Shown: positions 44,824 through 57,761, counted from the stretch's first letter. The stretch is DNA of 64,000 nucleotides from Escherichia coli (GCF_003334335.1 NZ_QOWQ01000019.1); one strand, 5' to 3'. A program made the numbers and translations. The notes: generated by a model not told the origin, from the sequence alone.

Positions 44824-46437
44824 TCAATGCTTCACAATATACATAGTCCGACTGTACGCCACATCTTCAGGATTATTAATGGGATAACCTTTCAGCCACG
44901 GCTTGATTAATCGTCCATTGGTATATTGATAAATTGGTGCAATCGGTGCTTGCTCCATGAGGATTTTTTCTGCCGCGTTGTAATCGGCATTACGCGCTTT
45001 AACGGTATTTTCCGTCGATGCCTGGGCCAGAACTTTGTCATATGCCGGATTGTTAAAGCGTGAAATATTTCCTGAATGCGTTGACGTTAATAATGTCAGG
45101 AAAGTGGAGGGTTCATTATAATCCCCCACCCACGAGGCGCGGATAACATCAAAATTGCCGGTGTTACGGCTATCGATATAGGTTTTCCATTCCTGATTTT
45201 GCAATTTAACATCTACGCCAAGGTTCTTTTTCCACATCGATGCTACAGCAATCGCAATTTTTTGATGGTTTTCTGAAGTGTTATACAAAAGCGTCAGCTT
45301 CAGCGGTTTTTGCGGACCATAACCAGCTGCGCTCAACAAAGTTTTTGCCTGCGCATTCAGTTCTTCCTGACTCATTTGTTCAAACGGCGAAGGTTCCGGC
45401 GTAAATCCCGCGGTAACATCTGGTGTAAAATGCCACGCTGGCTTTTCGCCCGTCCCTAATACTTTTTCGGTCATCAGGCGGCGATCTATCGTCATACTTA
45501 ATGCCAGACGAACGCGCTGATCTGCCGTCGGCCCTTTTTGCGTGTTAAACGCATAATAATAGGTCCCGAGCTGCGGCGGCGTATAAACCTGCCCCGGAAT
45601 ATCCTTCAACAGCTTCTGATACATATTTTTCGGGAAGGATTCGGTGATATCAATATCCCCCGCGAGGTAACGCTTAGTGGCTGCGGATTCCTGATTAATT
45701 GGCAGGAAGGTCACTTTTTGCAGTACCGTTTTGGCGTTATCCCAATAATGGGTATTCGGTACCACGACCAGTTTTTCATTGACTACGCGCTCTTTAAGAA
45801 CATAAGCGCCATTGCCGATCAGATTTCCGGGTTTCGTCCACTCTTTACCGCTTTCTACGTTGGCTTTTTGCACCGGGAAGAAGGCAAAGTTAGCGGTTAA
45901 ATTCACAAACCACGGCAACGGTTTATCAAGCTGAATTTTCAAAGTATGGGCATCAACTGCGGTGACGCCAAGCTGGTCAGGCGTAGCTTTACCATCAATA
46001 ATCGCCTGTGCGTTGTTGATTCCCGCCAGCGCGGCAAACCATGCAAATGGCGACAATGTTTTTGGGTCCACCAGACGTTGCCAGCTGTAGACAAAATCTT
46101 GCGCCGTTACCGGTGTGCCATCCGCCCATTTTGCGTTATCGCGCAGGGTAAAAGTCCAGATACGGTTGTCATTACTTTTCCACTGAGTCGCAACGCCGGG
46201 GACAATCTCCCCTTTTTCGTTCTGATTCACCAGACCTTCAAACAGATCGCGAATGACCTGAATCTCTGGCAGGCCCACGGCTTTAGCGGGATCCAGCGAC
46301 GCAGGCTCATCTTTAATGTGGCGCACCAGCTCCTGCTTCTCTGCCAGTACTGTGCCGCTCGGAACTTCTGCAGCATACGAAAGAGAAATGCTGCTGACCA
46401 ACAGCGCACAACACGTGACTGAAACAGAGTGCTTCAT
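44824..46437 (-). CDS. mppA: MppA, periplasmic murein tripeptide-binding protein
   Basis: 537-aa OppA-like solute-binding protein from the internal Met MKHSVSV; the longest ORF starts at 46458. Confidence 0.85.
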   Translation of the reverse strand: MKHSVSVTCCALLVSSISLSYAAEVPSGTVLAEKQELVRHIKDEPASLDPAKAVGLPEIQVIRDLFEGLVNQNEKGEIVPGVATQWKSNDNRIWTFTLRDNAKWADGTPVTAQDFVYSWQRLVDPKTLSPFAWFAALAGINNAQAIIDGKATPDQLGVTAVDAHTLKIQLDKPLPWFVNLTANFAFFPVQKANVESGKEWTKPGNLIGNGAYVLKERVVNEKLVVVPNTHYWDNAKTVLQKVTFLPINQESAATKRYLAGDIDITESFPKNMYQKLLKDIPGQVYTPPQLGTYYYAFNTQKGPTADQRVRLALSMTIDRRLMTEKVLGTGEKPAWHFTPDVTAGFTPEPSPFEQMSQEELNAQAKTLLSAAGYGPQKPLKLTLLYNTSENHQKIAIAVASMWKKNLGVDVKLQNQEWKTYIDSRNTGNFDVIRASWVGDYNEPSTFLTLLTSTHSGNISRFNNPAYDKVLAQASTENTVKARNADYNAAEKILMEQAPIAPIYQYTNGRLIKPWLKGYPINNPEDVAYSRTMYIVKH

Positions 46438-46773
46438 AAGTTTCCCTCTAACCGACATTAAAATTGATGCGTAATTATTTGTTTCGCCTTAAAGAAATGC
46501 AAACAACTTCCATCAAAAAAGTGACAAAGGAAGCATCAAATGTTTTAAGTATCAATATATCAAATCAGATTTAGTGTAAATAATAGTCTCCAAAATGCGG
46601 TAAAGCACATAGAACTCCGAACACTACGTTCGGGCTTCGCACGTTCAAACCCGTTTTCGGTATCATAATCAGCATCTGTCGCCATTGTACGAAGAATAAA
46701 AAATGACCAAAACGTTGAAAGGAACTGAGAATACGTTAAGAGAAGAATTAAATTAATGTATCAGCAAGTAGTG

Positions 46774-47673
46774 CTAAACAGCACCTTTATACTTCAGCCT
46801 ATCTATAAATAATGAGAATGCCGAGCCAGCATGTCGACGGTGTGGATAGTACAGGTGATAACCGGGTAAATCTGGTGTGAATTTATCCAAAACACGTATC
46901 AGTTTTTTTTCTTTAATAGCCCGCTCAACCTGATCATAAGGTAGATACGCCAATCCATGCCCATCAATTGCAGCATCAATGATCAGGTCTATCGTATTCA
47001 GTAAAAGCTGACCTTCCATGCGAACACGAACTTCACGTCCACCGCGTATTAATCTCCAGCGATTTGCTGTACCCGATGTGGGAAGATACAAATTAATTGC
47101 CTGATGATCTATTAATTGTGACACTGACGTTGGAACACTTCGGCGAGAAAAATAATCCGGTGAGCCAACAATAGCCATTGGTATATCTGGCCCGATTCGA
47201 ATGGCGATCATATCTTTATCCATCTCCCCACCCAGACGGACGCCTGCATCAAAACGTTCAGAAACGACATCGGTCAAACCATAATCAATGGTGAGCTGAA
47301 TATCAATTTCAGGATGCGATTTCAGGAATGTGCGCATTGCTGGTAACAATATCGTTTTTGCTGCATGTTCTACAGTAGTAATACGTATTGTCCCGGATGG
47401 GCGGTTCTGCAGATCGCTCAGGGATGCCATGGCTGAATCTATGTCATGCAACATAGGGCCAAGAACAGACAAAAGATGCTCGCCCGCTTCAGTTGGAACA
47501 ACGCTGCGCGTGGTTCGCGTCAGAAGCCGCAATCCCAATCGTTCTTCTATACGACGCACTATCTGGCTTAAAGCTGACTGCGCCATGCTCAGGCGGGCTG
47601 CTGCACGAGTGAAGCTACGCTCCTCTGCAACGACGACAAACGCCATCAGATCAGCGATTTCTTCACGCTTCAT
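46774..47673 (-). CDS. pgrR: LysR-family transcriptional regulator (PgrR/YcjZ)
   Basis: 299-aa LysR-type ORF with an N-terminal helix-turn-helix. Confidence 0.75.
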   Translation of the reverse strand: MKREEIADLMAFVVVAEERSFTRAAARLSMAQSALSQIVRRIEERLGLRLLTRTTRSVVPTEAGEHLLSVLGPMLHDIDSAMASLSDLQNRPSGTIRITTVEHAAKTILLPAMRTFLKSHPEIDIQLTIDYGLTDVVSERFDAGVRLGGEMDKDMIAIRIGPDIPMAIVGSPDYFSRRSVPTSVSQLIDHQAINLYLPTSGTANRWRLIRGGREVRVRMEGQLLLNTIDLIIDAAIDGHGLAYLPYDQVERAIKEKKLIRVLDKFTPDLPGYHLYYPHRRHAGSAFSLFIDRLKYKGAV

Positions 47674-47798
47674 TCAGTATCTCCATGCAATCTATTAATC
47701 ATTTAAATGATAGGTCTAATCATGATTTTGGGTCTAATCAACTTAATGATCAATATCTATAGTGATATCACCAACCGTTAAAACGAACCGACAACTCC

Positions 47799-48731
47799 AT
47801 GAGGAACGGAATGATGAATAATAAAGTCAGCTTCACTAACAGCAATAATCCAACCATCTCTTTGTCTGCAGTGATCTATTTCCCTCCAAAATTTGATGAA
47901 ACCCGTCAGTATCAGGCAATTGTGTTATCTCACCCAGGTGGGGGCGTTAAAGAACAAACGGCCGGAACCTATGCCAAAAAACTGGCGGAAAAGGGATTTG
48001 TCACTATTGCTTATGACGCATCTTATCAAGGTGAAAGTGGCGGCGAGCCGCGTCAGTTAGAAAACCCATACATTCGTACTGAAGACATCAGTGCCGTGAT
48101 TGATTACCTGACAACGCTTTCTTATGTCGACAATACCCGAATTGGTGCGATGGGAATTTGTGCCGGTGCAGGATATACAGCCAATGCTGCAATTCAGGAT
48201 CGCCGCATCAAGGCCATCGGTACCGTTAGTGCGGTCAATATTGGTTCGATATTCCGTAATGGTTGGGAAAACAATGTGAAATCTATTGATGCCCTGCCAT
48301 ACGTTGAAGCGGGTTCAAACGCCAGAACCAGCGATATTAGCAGCGGAGAATACGCCATTATGCCACTGGCACCAATGAAGGAGTCCGATGCGCCGAACGA
48401 AGAACTGCGTCAGGCCTGGGAGTATTACCACACCCCTCGCGCGCAGTATTCAACAGCACCGGGTTACGCTACTTTGCGCAGCCTTAACCAGATTATTACC
48501 TATGATGCTTACCATATGGCGGAAGTGTACCTGACTCAGCCGACGCAGATTGTGGCGGGCAGCCAGGCAGGGAGCAAATGGATGAGTGACGACCTGTACG
48601 ATCGAGCATCAAGCCAGGATAAACGCTATCACATTGTTGAAGGCGCAAACCATATGGATCTTTATGACGGCAAAGCCTATGTGGCTGAAGCAATTTCAGT
48701 ATTAGCTCCGTTCTTTGAGGAAACTCTGTAA
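47799..48731 (+). CDS. ycjY: YcjY, putative alpha/beta hydrolase (dienelactone-hydrolase-like)
   Basis: 310-aa ORF with a GICAGAG-type nucleophile-elbow motif; the true start may be a few codons downstream. Confidence 0.7.
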   Translation: MRNGMMNNKVSFTNSNNPTISLSAVIYFPPKFDETRQYQAIVLSHPGGGVKEQTAGTYAKKLAEKGFVTIAYDASYQGESGGEPRQLENPYIRTEDISAVIDYLTTLSYVDNTRIGAMGICAGAGYTANAAIQDRRIKAIGTVSAVNIGSIFRNGWENNVKSIDALPYVEAGSNARTSDISSGEYAIMPLAPMKESDAPNEELRQAWEYYHTPRAQYSTAPGYATLRSLNQIITYDAYHMAEVYLTQPTQIVAGSQAGSKWMSDDLYDRASSQDKRYHIVEGANHMDLYDGKAYVAEAISVLAPFFEETL

Positions 48732-48801
48732 TGAAACATATTCAAATCCGCAATAGTGATATGGACTGGCATATTGCTGCCAATAATCTGGGATAATTTT
48801 C

Positions 48802-48984
48802 ATGAAAAATGTACTGATTCTTGGTGCTGGCGGTCAGATAGCCCGCCATGTGATTAATCAACTGGCAGATAAGCAAACCATTAAACAAACTTTATTTGCC
48901 CGTCAGCCAGCAAAAATCCACAAACCCTATCCAACTAATAAAATGCAAACAACTTCCGGCAAAAAAGTGATACAAGATCGATGA
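48802..48984 (+). pseudogene. Short N-terminal fragment of an NAD(P)-binding Rossmann-fold protein (gene remnant)
   Basis: The 60-aa ORF MKNVLILGAGGQIARHVINQLADK... carries a GxGxxG dinucleotide-binding motif and then terminates, too short for a functional oxidoreductase. Confidence 0.35.
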
Positions 48985-49065
48985 CATAGCGTTGAAGAAA
49001 AGGATTTGATAATCCGCAAAATTTGCACAACACTGCCTGTAATACTTCCTGAACCAGAGACGATC

Positions 49066-49768
49066 ATGACCGTAACCCGCCCACGCGCCGAACGCGGCGC
49101 ATTTCCGCCCGGAACAGAACATTACGGACGTTCATTATTGGGCGCGCCGTTAATCTGGTTTCCTGCCCCTGCAGCCAGCCGCGAAAGTGGTTTGATTCTG
49201 GCTGGCACTCACGGTGATGAAAACTCTTCGGTCGTCACGCTCTCCTGTGCTCTGCGGACGTTGACACCTTCTTTGCGCCGTCATCATGTGGTGCTGTGTG
49301 TGAATCCTGACGGCTGCCAGTTGGGGTTACGGGCCAATGCTAATGGTGTGGATTTAAACAGAAACTTTCCGGCGGCGAACTGGAAGGAAGGTGAAACCGT
49401 TTATCGCTGGAACAGCGCCGCTGAAGAACGCGATGTCGTATTACTGACAGGTGACAAACCTGGCTCCGAACCTGAAACCCAGGCGCTGTGCCAGCTTATA
49501 CACCGCATTCAACCTGCCTGGGTGGTCTCATTCCACGATCCACTGGCCTGTATTGAAGATCCCAGACACAGCGAATTAGGCGAATGGCTGGCTCAGGCGT
49601 TTGAATTGCCTCTGGTAACCAGCGTCGGTTATGAAACGCCTGGCTCTTTCGGCAGTTGGTGTGCAGATCTGAACTTGCATTGCATCACCGCAGAGTTTCC
49701 GCCCATCTCCTCCGACGAAGCCAGCGAAAAATATCTCTTTGCGATGGCAAACTTGCTGCGCTGGCATC

Positions 49769-49794
<26 letters not shown>
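49066..49794 (+). CDS. mpaA: MpaA, murein peptide amidase A
   Basis: 242-aa M14-family ORF from the internal Met MTVTRPRAERGAFPPG; the longest ORF starts at 49006. Confidence 0.85.
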
Positions 49795-50744
<950 letters not shown>

Positions 50745-50852
50745 TGTTGTCGCGGTGGTCTGCGGATTAAGCGCAAATAGCGTTTGCTGTGTTATTGACA
50801 GTTAGCATAAACTAGGTGTGACGTTAACTATATGTAAACAGGAAAGATAATC

Positions 50853-51359
50853 ATGTCACAAACCGTTCATTTCCAGGGCAACCCGGTTACAGTCGCCAAT
50901 TCCATCCCGCAGGCGGGTAGCAAAGCGCAGACTTTTACTCTCGTGGCAAAAGATCTGTCTGACGTCACCCTCGGTCAGTTTGCGGGTAAACGCAAAGTGC
51001 TGAACATTTTCCCGAGTATTGATACCGGTGTTTGCGCCGCATCAGTACGTAAGTTTAACCAACTGGCAACTGAGATCGACAACACCGTTGTGCTGTGTAT
51101 CTCTGCCGATCTGCCGTTCGCCCAGTCTCGTTTCTGCGGCGCAGAAGGTCTGAACAACGTTATCACCCTCTCCACTTTCCGTAACGCTGAATTTCTGCAA
51201 GCTTACGGTGTGGCAATTGCTGATGGCCCACTGAAAGGTCTGGCAGCGCGTGCCGTTGTGGTTATTGACGAAAATGACAATGTGATTTTCAGCCAGCTGG
51301 TGGATGAAATCACCACCGAGCCGGATTACGAAGCAGCTCTGGCTGTACTGAAAGCATAA
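50853..51359 (+). CDS. tpx: Tpx, thiol peroxidase
   Basis: 168-aa [41 protein letters not shown]... with the peroxidatic Cys in the conserved DTGVCA context. Confidence 0.95.
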   Translation: MSQTVHFQGNPVTVANSIPQAGSKAQTFTLVAKDLSDVTLGQFAGKRKVLNIFPSIDTGVCAASVRKFNQLATEIDNTVVLCISADLPFAQSRFCGAEGLNNVITLSTFRNAEFLQAYGVAIADGPLKGLAARAVVVIDENDNVIFSQLVDEITTEPDYEAALAVLKA

Positions 51360-51363
51360 TTTA

Positions 51364-51396
51364 ATATGCCTGATGGTGTTGCACCATCAGGCATAT
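51364..51396. terminator. 15-bp-stem palindrome between convergent tpx and tyrR (putative bidirectional terminator)
   Basis: atatgcctgatggtg-ttg-caccatcaggcatat, immediately after the tpx stop. Confidence 0.4.
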
Positions 51397-51402
51397 TCGC
51401 GC

Positions 51403-52944
51403 TTACTCTTCGTTCTTCTTCTGACTCAGACCATATTCCCGCAACTTATTGGCAATCGCGGTATGTGAAACGCCGAGACGTTTTGCCAGTTTGCGCGTGC
51501 TGGGATAATTGCGATAAAGCTGGGTTAATACCGAGCGTTCAAAACGGCTGGTGATTTCGTCCAGCGAACCTTCCATCGCATCTTCGCCCACGGCTACCGT
51601 TGCGGCGTCATAATCCGGCAACAAAATATCCTGTGGACGCAGCTCATAACCGTCCAGTTGTGTCAGTGCGCGATAGATAGCGTTCTTTAACTGCCGCACA
51701 TTTCCCGGCCACGCATAACGCGTAAGTACAGTATTCAGGTCAGCGGCCAGTTTCGGACGCGGCACGCCCTGCTCGTCGGCAAAGCGGGCGACGAACAGCT
51801 CAGTTAACGGCATGATGTCCTGCGGACAGTCACGTAGCGGCGGCAGATTGAGCGTCAACACGTTCAGACGATAATAGAGATCTTCACGGAACATGCCTTT
51901 TTGCACCAGTTCGACCAGATTCTTCTGCGTAGCGCAAATCACCCGCACATCGACATGCACCTCATGGTCTTCGCCAACCCGACGGAAAGTGCCATCATTA
52001 AGGAAACGCAGTAATTTCGCCTGCATCCGTGGTGACATTTCCCCTATTTCATCCAACAGCACCGAACCACCGTTCGCCTGCTCAAAGAATCCTTTCTTCC
52101 CTTCCGGAGCATGACCAAACAGTTCACTCTCGACCGCATCTTCCGGTATAGACGCACAGTTCAGCGCCAGGTAAGGTTTGCCCGCTCTGGGGCTTGCCTG
52201 ATGGCAGGCGTAGGCAAAGAGATCTTTACCTGTACCTGTGTCACCCGTAATCAGCAGCGGCGCGCTTAGCATCGCCAGTTTCTGCGCCTGTTCGACAACA
52301 TGCTTCATTTTCGGGCTGACGGCGACAATTTGACTGAAGGCGCTGACGTCCTGGGCGGCGACATTTTGCAACTGGCGGCCCATACGAATCGTTGATCGCA
52401 ACATCACCACCGCACCGGTCAGGACGTGTTGATCATTTTCATCCTGAAGATAAACAGGCGTAATCTCCATCAGGAAATTCTGCCCATTAATAACGACATG
52501 CTCGTTATGCGAATCTTGCGGTTCGCTTTCCAGCCAACGTAAAAAATTAAAGCCGTTAATCAATTGTGCGGCGGTATGGTTGCGCAGGCGATCCAATTTT
52601 TGCCCAAAAAGCTGACAGCTCGCCGGGTTCGCCATATCCACTTTGCTTTTCATATCGACAGAGAGCACAGGTTCAGGCAACGCCTCCAGTAACGCGCTCA
52701 ACGCCAGATGCTCACGTTCGGAAGGCATCCACGGGACAGTACGCACATCGGTAACACCCGCAATACGGCGTATTTCGGCCATCAGACTGCTGAAACTCTC
52801 AAACTCCAGTTCAGCAAAATTGAGGTAGATTCGCCCAATGGGATCAATCTCAATACCGCGTAAATCAATGCCTCTTAGCACGAGTAGATCGAGTAATTCG
52901 CGGGTCAGACCGAGTCGGTCTTCACAAAAGACTTCCAGACGCAT
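51403..52944 (-). CDS. tyrR: TyrR, aromatic amino-acid regulon transcriptional regulator
   Basis: 513-aa ORF with ACT/PAS, sigma-54-type AAA+ (GDTGTGKD) and C-terminal helix-turn-helix domains, from the internal Met MRLEVFCEDRLGL. Confidence 0.95.
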   Translation of the reverse strand: MRLEVFCEDRLGLTRELLDLLVLRGIDLRGIEIDPIGRIYLNFAELEFESFSSLMAEIRRIAGVTDVRTVPWMPSEREHLALSALLEALPEPVLSVDMKSKVDMANPASCQLFGQKLDRLRNHTAAQLINGFNFLRWLESEPQDSHNEHVVINGQNFLMEITPVYLQDENDQHVLTGAVVMLRSTIRMGRQLQNVAAQDVSAFSQIVAVSPKMKHVVEQAQKLAMLSAPLLITGDTGTGKDLFAYACHQASPRAGKPYLALNCASIPEDAVESELFGHAPEGKKGFFEQANGGSVLLDEIGEMSPRMQAKLLRFLNDGTFRRVGEDHEVHVDVRVICATQKNLVELVQKGMFREDLYYRLNVLTLNLPPLRDCPQDIMPLTELFVARFADEQGVPRPKLAADLNTVLTRYAWPGNVRQLKNAIYRALTQLDGYELRPQDILLPDYDAATVAVGEDAMEGSLDEITSRFERSVLTQLYRNYPSTRKLAKRLGVSHTAIANKLREYGLSQKKNEE

Positions 52945-53091
52945 GGGAACCTTCACCTGAAAAAAGAACAATTAATATGATGATATGACACTATTTGGAT
53001 AGCAGGAAGGTTTCTGTCAACAATCATTGACACAAAGACGGAAAAACGGGCACTTCGGCGTAAAGATATCCGGTCAGCACCCGATATTGCA

Positions 53092-54153
53092 TTATTTTTC
53101 GCTGGGCGTTTTGCCTTTTTGCAGCGTTTCTTTCACCTGACCGATAAGCTGACGACGGAAATCCCCGAGGCGAGGTTTGTCATCGTCAATCCACGGCAGC
53201 GGGCGGCAAAGCTCCATAGCTTTAATCCCGAGTCGTGCCGTCAGAAGTCCTGCACCAATCCCCTGAGCTGCGCGGGTAGACAAACGAGCAGCGAGATCTT
53301 GCGACATCCAGTCCATCCCCACTTCGCGCACCAGTTCGCTGGCTCCGGCAAAAGCGATATTCAGCAATACCAGCTTAAACAGACGCAAACGGCTGTAATA
53401 CCCCAGTTCAATGCCATACAGCGTGGCGATGCGATTAATTAAACGCAGATTGCGCCAGGCGATAAACGCCATATCGACCAACGCCAGCGGGCTGACCGCA
53501 ATCATCAACGTTGATTCCGCCGCCGAACGGCTGATTTCGCGCCGCGCCTGGGCATCTAAAACTGGCTGGACCAAATGCGCATACAGGCTGACCACTTCAC
53601 GGTCGTTTTGCGTTTCATGGATTGAGGCATACCAGCGTTGCAGCGCCGGATGCGACTGATCAATACCCGCCTGCTGCGCCAGTTTTTCGCAAAATGCGCG
53701 GCCTTTGCCCGTGCCGTGGCTATGCAATAAATCACGCGCTTCGTCGCGTTCATGGGCGCGCTGTCGCAAGCGCCATAAGCGCCGCCACTCTGTTACCACA
53801 GAACCTACGCCAGCGCCGATAATCAATGCCCCAGCGGCACATCCACCCAGCGCCACCCAGTCCTGGGTTTGCCAGGCATTCATTGTCCACTGTACACCCT
53901 GCCCGACAACGCTTGCGCCAAACAGAGCCAGCCCTCCCATCACCATTTTGCGCCACAGGCTGCGTTTCGGACGTAACGCTGCGTCCATTACCGCTTCGAC
54001 TTGCCCCTCTTCTTCCTGCGCTTCGTCGAGCGTGGCCGGGGCAAAATTTTGCGCCTGATTTTCGTCAAAGGTCTGCTGCGCCCTGAATTTAGGATTCTGA
54101 TCGACCTCCAGAGGACCGTCGAAATCAATACGTGGTTTTAACGGTTCGGTCAT
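53092..54153 (-). CDS. ycjF: YcjF, inner-membrane protein (DUF697)
   Basis: 353-aa ORF; its start overlaps the ycjX stop. Confidence 0.8.
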   Translation of the reverse strand: MTEPLKPRIDFDGPLEVDQNPKFRAQQTFDENQAQNFAPATLDEAQEEEGQVEAVMDAALRPKRSLWRKMVMGGLALFGASVVGQGVQWTMNAWQTQDWVALGGCAAGALIIGAGVGSVVTEWRRLWRLRQRAHERDEARDLLHSHGTGKGRAFCEKLAQQAGIDQSHPALQRWYASIHETQNDREVVSLYAHLVQPVLDAQARREISRSAAESTLMIAVSPLALVDMAFIAWRNLRLINRIATLYGIELGYYSRLRLFKLVLLNIAFAGASELVREVGMDWMSQDLAARLSTRAAQGIGAGLLTARLGIKAMELCRPLPWIDDDKPRLGDFRRQLIGQVKETLQKGKTPSEK

Positions 54154-55547
54154 CGCAATTTATCTCCTATTAAAAATTCCAGCGCAGCATCAAGACGAAT
54201 ATGCGGTAGTGGTTTGTCGACATCCATCACCTGCGGACGAAATGCCTCAAACTGGAAGCCTTGCTTATCCCAGAACGCCTGACCAGGCAAACGTGCGGGA
54301 ACTTCGCCAGGATAAACAGTGAGCGGTGCGCCATCGCTAAGTCGATTACCACGCAGCGCCGGGATTTTCTCACCGTTAACATCAATAATGCCGCTGGTGG
54401 TCGCCTGAACTGACGCCAGCCCCAGGCAGTCCATGCTGATCCCTTCGAACGCCGCATTTTGCCAGGCATCCTGAATCAGTTGTTGCAGTAATGAAACCAT
54501 ATTAGCGTGCTGATCGATGGTCACATGGTCCGCTTTAGTGGCAGCAAACAATAGCTTATCGATAACCGGCGAAAACAAACGCCGGAACAGGGTACGCTGC
54601 CCGTAGTGAAAACTTTGCATCAGCTGCGTCAGTGCCAGACGCATATCATTAAATGCCTGTGGCCCACTGTTGAGAGGTTGCAGGCAATCCACCAGCACAA
54701 TCTGGCGGTCAAAGCGCAGAAAATGATTCTTATAGAACCCCTTCACCACCTTCTCGCAGTAATAATTAAAGCGCTCGCGCAGCATTCCGGCATTGGTATG
54801 CTTATCGGCCTGCGCCAGTTTGGACTCGCCCCAGGTATCGACATCCGGCCACGGGAAGAATTGCAGCGCGGGCGCACCTGCCATATCTCCCGGCAAGACA
54901 AAGCGCCCAGGCTGAATAAAGTGCAGCCCCTGCTCTTTACAGTGGTGGAGATAATCGGTCCACGCGGCGGCAATGTCCGCCAGCCGGTTTTCGTCGGCAG
55001 GCGCTAGCGGGTCCAGCCCTTCGCTCATCATTCGCCATTTCGCCGACCATTCTCCGCGCTGACCATTGAGTAAGCCCGTCATCTGGCGCGACCAGCTTAA
55101 ATAGTCCTGCGCCAGCATCGGCAGGTCGAGCAACCATTCGCCGGGATAATCCACAATTTCCAGATACAGCGTGGAGGTATCCTTAAAGTGGCGTAGCAGC
55201 GAATCATTCGATTTAAAACGTAGCGCCAGGCGGATTTCACTGACGCCGCGCGTTGGCGTTGGCCAGGCGGGTGGATCGCCATATAACTGCGCCAGCCCTT
55301 CGTCATAGGTGAAGCGCGGAATGCCAAAGTCACGCTGGGGAATGCGTTTCACGCCCAGCAGGCGCTCTTCACGCACCGCACTTAACAGCGGCAAACGTGC
55401 TCCGGCGTGAATATTAAGCAACTGATTAACCATCGCGGTGATAAACGCTGTTTTGCCGCTGCGGCTAAGTCCGGTTACAGCGAGGCGCAGATGTCTGTCG
55501 ACACCCCGATTCACCAGCGCATTGAGTTCATTTTTAAGTCGCTTCAT
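54150..55547 (-). CDS. ycjX: YcjX, P-loop NTPase (DUF463)
   Basis: 465-aa ORF with Walker A motif GLSRSGKT. Confidence 0.8.
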   Translation of the reverse strand: MKRLKNELNALVNRGVDRHLRLAVTGLSRSGKTAFITAMVNQLLNIHAGARLPLLSAVREERLLGVKRIPQRDFGIPRFTYDEGLAQLYGDPPAWPTPTRGVSEIRLALRFKSNDSLLRHFKDTSTLYLEIVDYPGEWLLDLPMLAQDYLSWSRQMTGLLNGQRGEWSAKWRMMSEGLDPLAPADENRLADIAAAWTDYLHHCKEQGLHFIQPGRFVLPGDMAGAPALQFFPWPDVDTWGESKLAQADKHTNAGMLRERFNYYCEKVVKGFYKNHFLRFDRQIVLVDCLQPLNSGPQAFNDMRLALTQLMQSFHYGQRTLFRRLFSPVIDKLLFAATKADHVTIDQHANMVSLLQQLIQDAWQNAAFEGISMDCLGLASVQATTSGIIDVNGEKIPALRGNRLSDGAPLTVYPGEVPARLPGQAFWDKQGFQFEAFRPQVMDVDKPLPHIRLDAALEFLIGDKLR

Positions 55548-55702
55548 TGCTGTCCTGTGCTGCTCTGAAGACCAGAAAAAAAATCATTCGTAAGGATATG
55601 AATGTGGGGGCCAGGCCATTGATTATCAACTGCCCGTGTTGTCATCGACCGGCGAACTCCATAAGATGTGCAGCATTCACGTTCGGACGGAGTTCCTGAC
55701 CT

Positions 55703-56701
55703 ATGTCCCCTACTATTTATGATATTGCCAGGGTTGCAGGCGTATCAAAATCCACCGTATCACGCGTGCTGAATAAGCAAACTAATATCTCCCCGGAAGC
55801 GCGCGAAAAAGTGTTACGGGCCATTGAAGAATTACAGTATCAGCCAAACAAGCTGGCCCGCGCGCTGACCTCTTCGGGTTTTGATGCCATTATGGTGATT
55901 TCTACCCGTTCGACCAAAACTACGGCGGGTAATCCGTTTTTCTCTGAAGTTTTGCATGCCATCACCGCCAAAGCTGAAGAAGAAGGTTTCGACGTGATAT
56001 TACAAACGTCGCACAATCCGGCAGAAGATCTGCAAAAATGCGAAAGCAAAATTAAGCAGAAAATGATTAAAGGCATTATTATGCTCAGTTCGCCAGCGGA
56101 TGAGTCATTTTTTGCCCAACTCGATAAATATGATATTCCGGTGGTGGTGATTGGCAAAGTTGAAGGTCAATATGCCCATGTTTATTCTGTCGATACCGAT
56201 AATTTTGGCGACAGCATTGCGTTGACCGATGCATTAATTGAAAGTGGGCATCAAAATATTGCCTGCCTGCATGCTCCGCTTGATGTCCATGTTTCGGTTG
56301 ATCGCGTTAATGGTTATAAGCAGAGCCTGGCTGCGCATAATATTGCAGTGCGTGATGAATGGATTGTTGATGGCGGTTATACCCATGAAACTGCATTAAA
56401 AGCAGCACGGCAATTATTAAGCCAGTCACCGTTGCCTGAGGCGGTGTTTGCCACTGACAGCCTGAAATTAATGAGCATTTATCGTGCGGCAGCAGAGAAA
56501 AATATTGCTATTCCGCAGCAGTTAGCGGTGGTGGGTTATAGCAATGAAACGCTGTCATTTATTTTAACGCCTGCACCGGGCGGCATCGATGTTCCGACGC
56601 AGGAGTTAGGTCAACAAAGCTGCGAGTTATTATTCCGCTTAATTTCTGGAAAACCGTCACCACAGAATATTACCGTTGCCACGCATATGACGCTGAAATA
56701 A
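55703..56701 (+). CDS. ycjW: YcjW, LacI-family transcriptional regulator
   Basis: 332-aa ORF with N-terminal LacI helix-turn-helix ([20 protein letters not shown]). Confidence 0.85.
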
Positions 56702-56716
56702 ATACCAGCTACCTTG

Positions 56717-56800
56717 CCTGAATGCCAGATGCGATGCTAGCGCATCTTATCCGGCCTACATTTATAGATCGGATAAAGTACTCGCGCCGCATCCGGCAAT
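56717..56800. repeat. REP elements between ycjW and ompG
   Basis: gcctgaatgccagatgcgatgctagcgcatcttatccggcctaca and a second cgcgccgcatccggcaat unit, of typical REP type. Confidence 0.65.
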
Positions 56801-56811
56801 TTAGCCCATTA

Positions 56812-57717
56812 TCAGAACGAGTAATTTACGCCGACACCTGCATAATGGAATTTATCACTGTCGCCTTCGTCGTGATCCTGCCACTCAAACGCGTATTCCA
56901 GCGAAACGGAAAGTCCGTTCTGGAAATCATAACCGTAAAATAAACCTACACGGTTAAAATCATGGCCTTCACGTTCAATATCATCCTGCCAGTCCCAGTT
57001 ACTCCAGCGATCCAGCCCAATGCGCGTATACGGCGTCACCGAGTGGTTGCCGAGCGTCAGCGGCAAATAGGCGCGAATTTCTTGCGTGGAAAACTCACCG
57101 TTATTGCGGCTGTCGTCCATATTGAAGCCGCGCTCGAGATAATAGTTCACTCGCAAGGCAACCGTTTCGTTGAAGGTATATTGCAGACCTGTTTCCGTTT
57201 CGACACGGGTATCAGCGTAACCGGTAGTGTTCAGATCGTTGGCAAATTTATACATCGACAACCAACCGTTGAAACGTAAATCGTCAGTCAGTTTCACATC
57301 CCAGTCTGGCGCGATTTTCCAGCGCTGCATATTCGCCGTGTCTTTACCCGGTTCATCAACGTAGTGATAACCATAATTACGGAAACCGCCGGTCAGGCCG
57401 AAACTGAAATCATCGTTTTCGAGGAACTGATAATGCACCTCCAGCTCCGGGCGATCAAACCACGTTCCACGTTTACCCGCGCTATAATCTACCGGCCCTT
57501 CCTGATAATAGGCCAGAGCAATTCTCCACGGCCCGTTGGCGGCATTAAAATAGACTGAAGGCTCCGCCAGCCCATCCATATCTTCGCCATAACCCTCGAC
57601 GTTTTCTATTTCGTACATCGCGCCGATATTAAAGTGCCAGTCGTTCCTTTCCTCGGCCTGTGCGCAGGCCATTCCCGCACACATCACCAGTGCGGTACAG
57701 GGTAATAACTTTTTCAT
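56812..57717 (-). CDS. ompG: OmpG, monomeric outer-membrane porin
   Basis: 301-aa ORF with signal peptide MKKLLPCTALVMCAGMACA and a beta-barrel C-terminus ending YSF. Confidence 0.9.
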   Translation of the reverse strand: MKKLLPCTALVMCAGMACAQAEERNDWHFNIGAMYEIENVEGYGEDMDGLAEPSVYFNAANGPWRIALAYYQEGPVDYSAGKRGTWFDRPELEVHYQFLENDDFSFGLTGGFRNYGYHYVDEPGKDTANMQRWKIAPDWDVKLTDDLRFNGWLSMYKFANDLNTTGYADTRVETETGLQYTFNETVALRVNYYLERGFNMDDSRNNGEFSTQEIRAYLPLTLGNHSVTPYTRIGLDRWSNWDWQDDIEREGHDFNRVGLFYGYDFQNGLSVSLEYAFEWQDHDEGDSDKFHYAGVGVNYSF

Positions 57718-57761
57718 TATTGTTCCTTGTATTATCCTGGGGGAATGCCTTCCCCCTGTAT

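Noticed and set aside
48892-49122. 76-aa minus-strand ORF between ycjY and mpaA, possibly a small protein such as ymjA
   Set aside because: I could not match the sequence to any protein I recognise, and it overlaps the mpaA 5' region.
53705-54058. 117-aa + strand ORF and others antisense to ycjF/ycjX
   Set aside because: They have an Arg/Pro/Ala-rich antisense composition and no start context.
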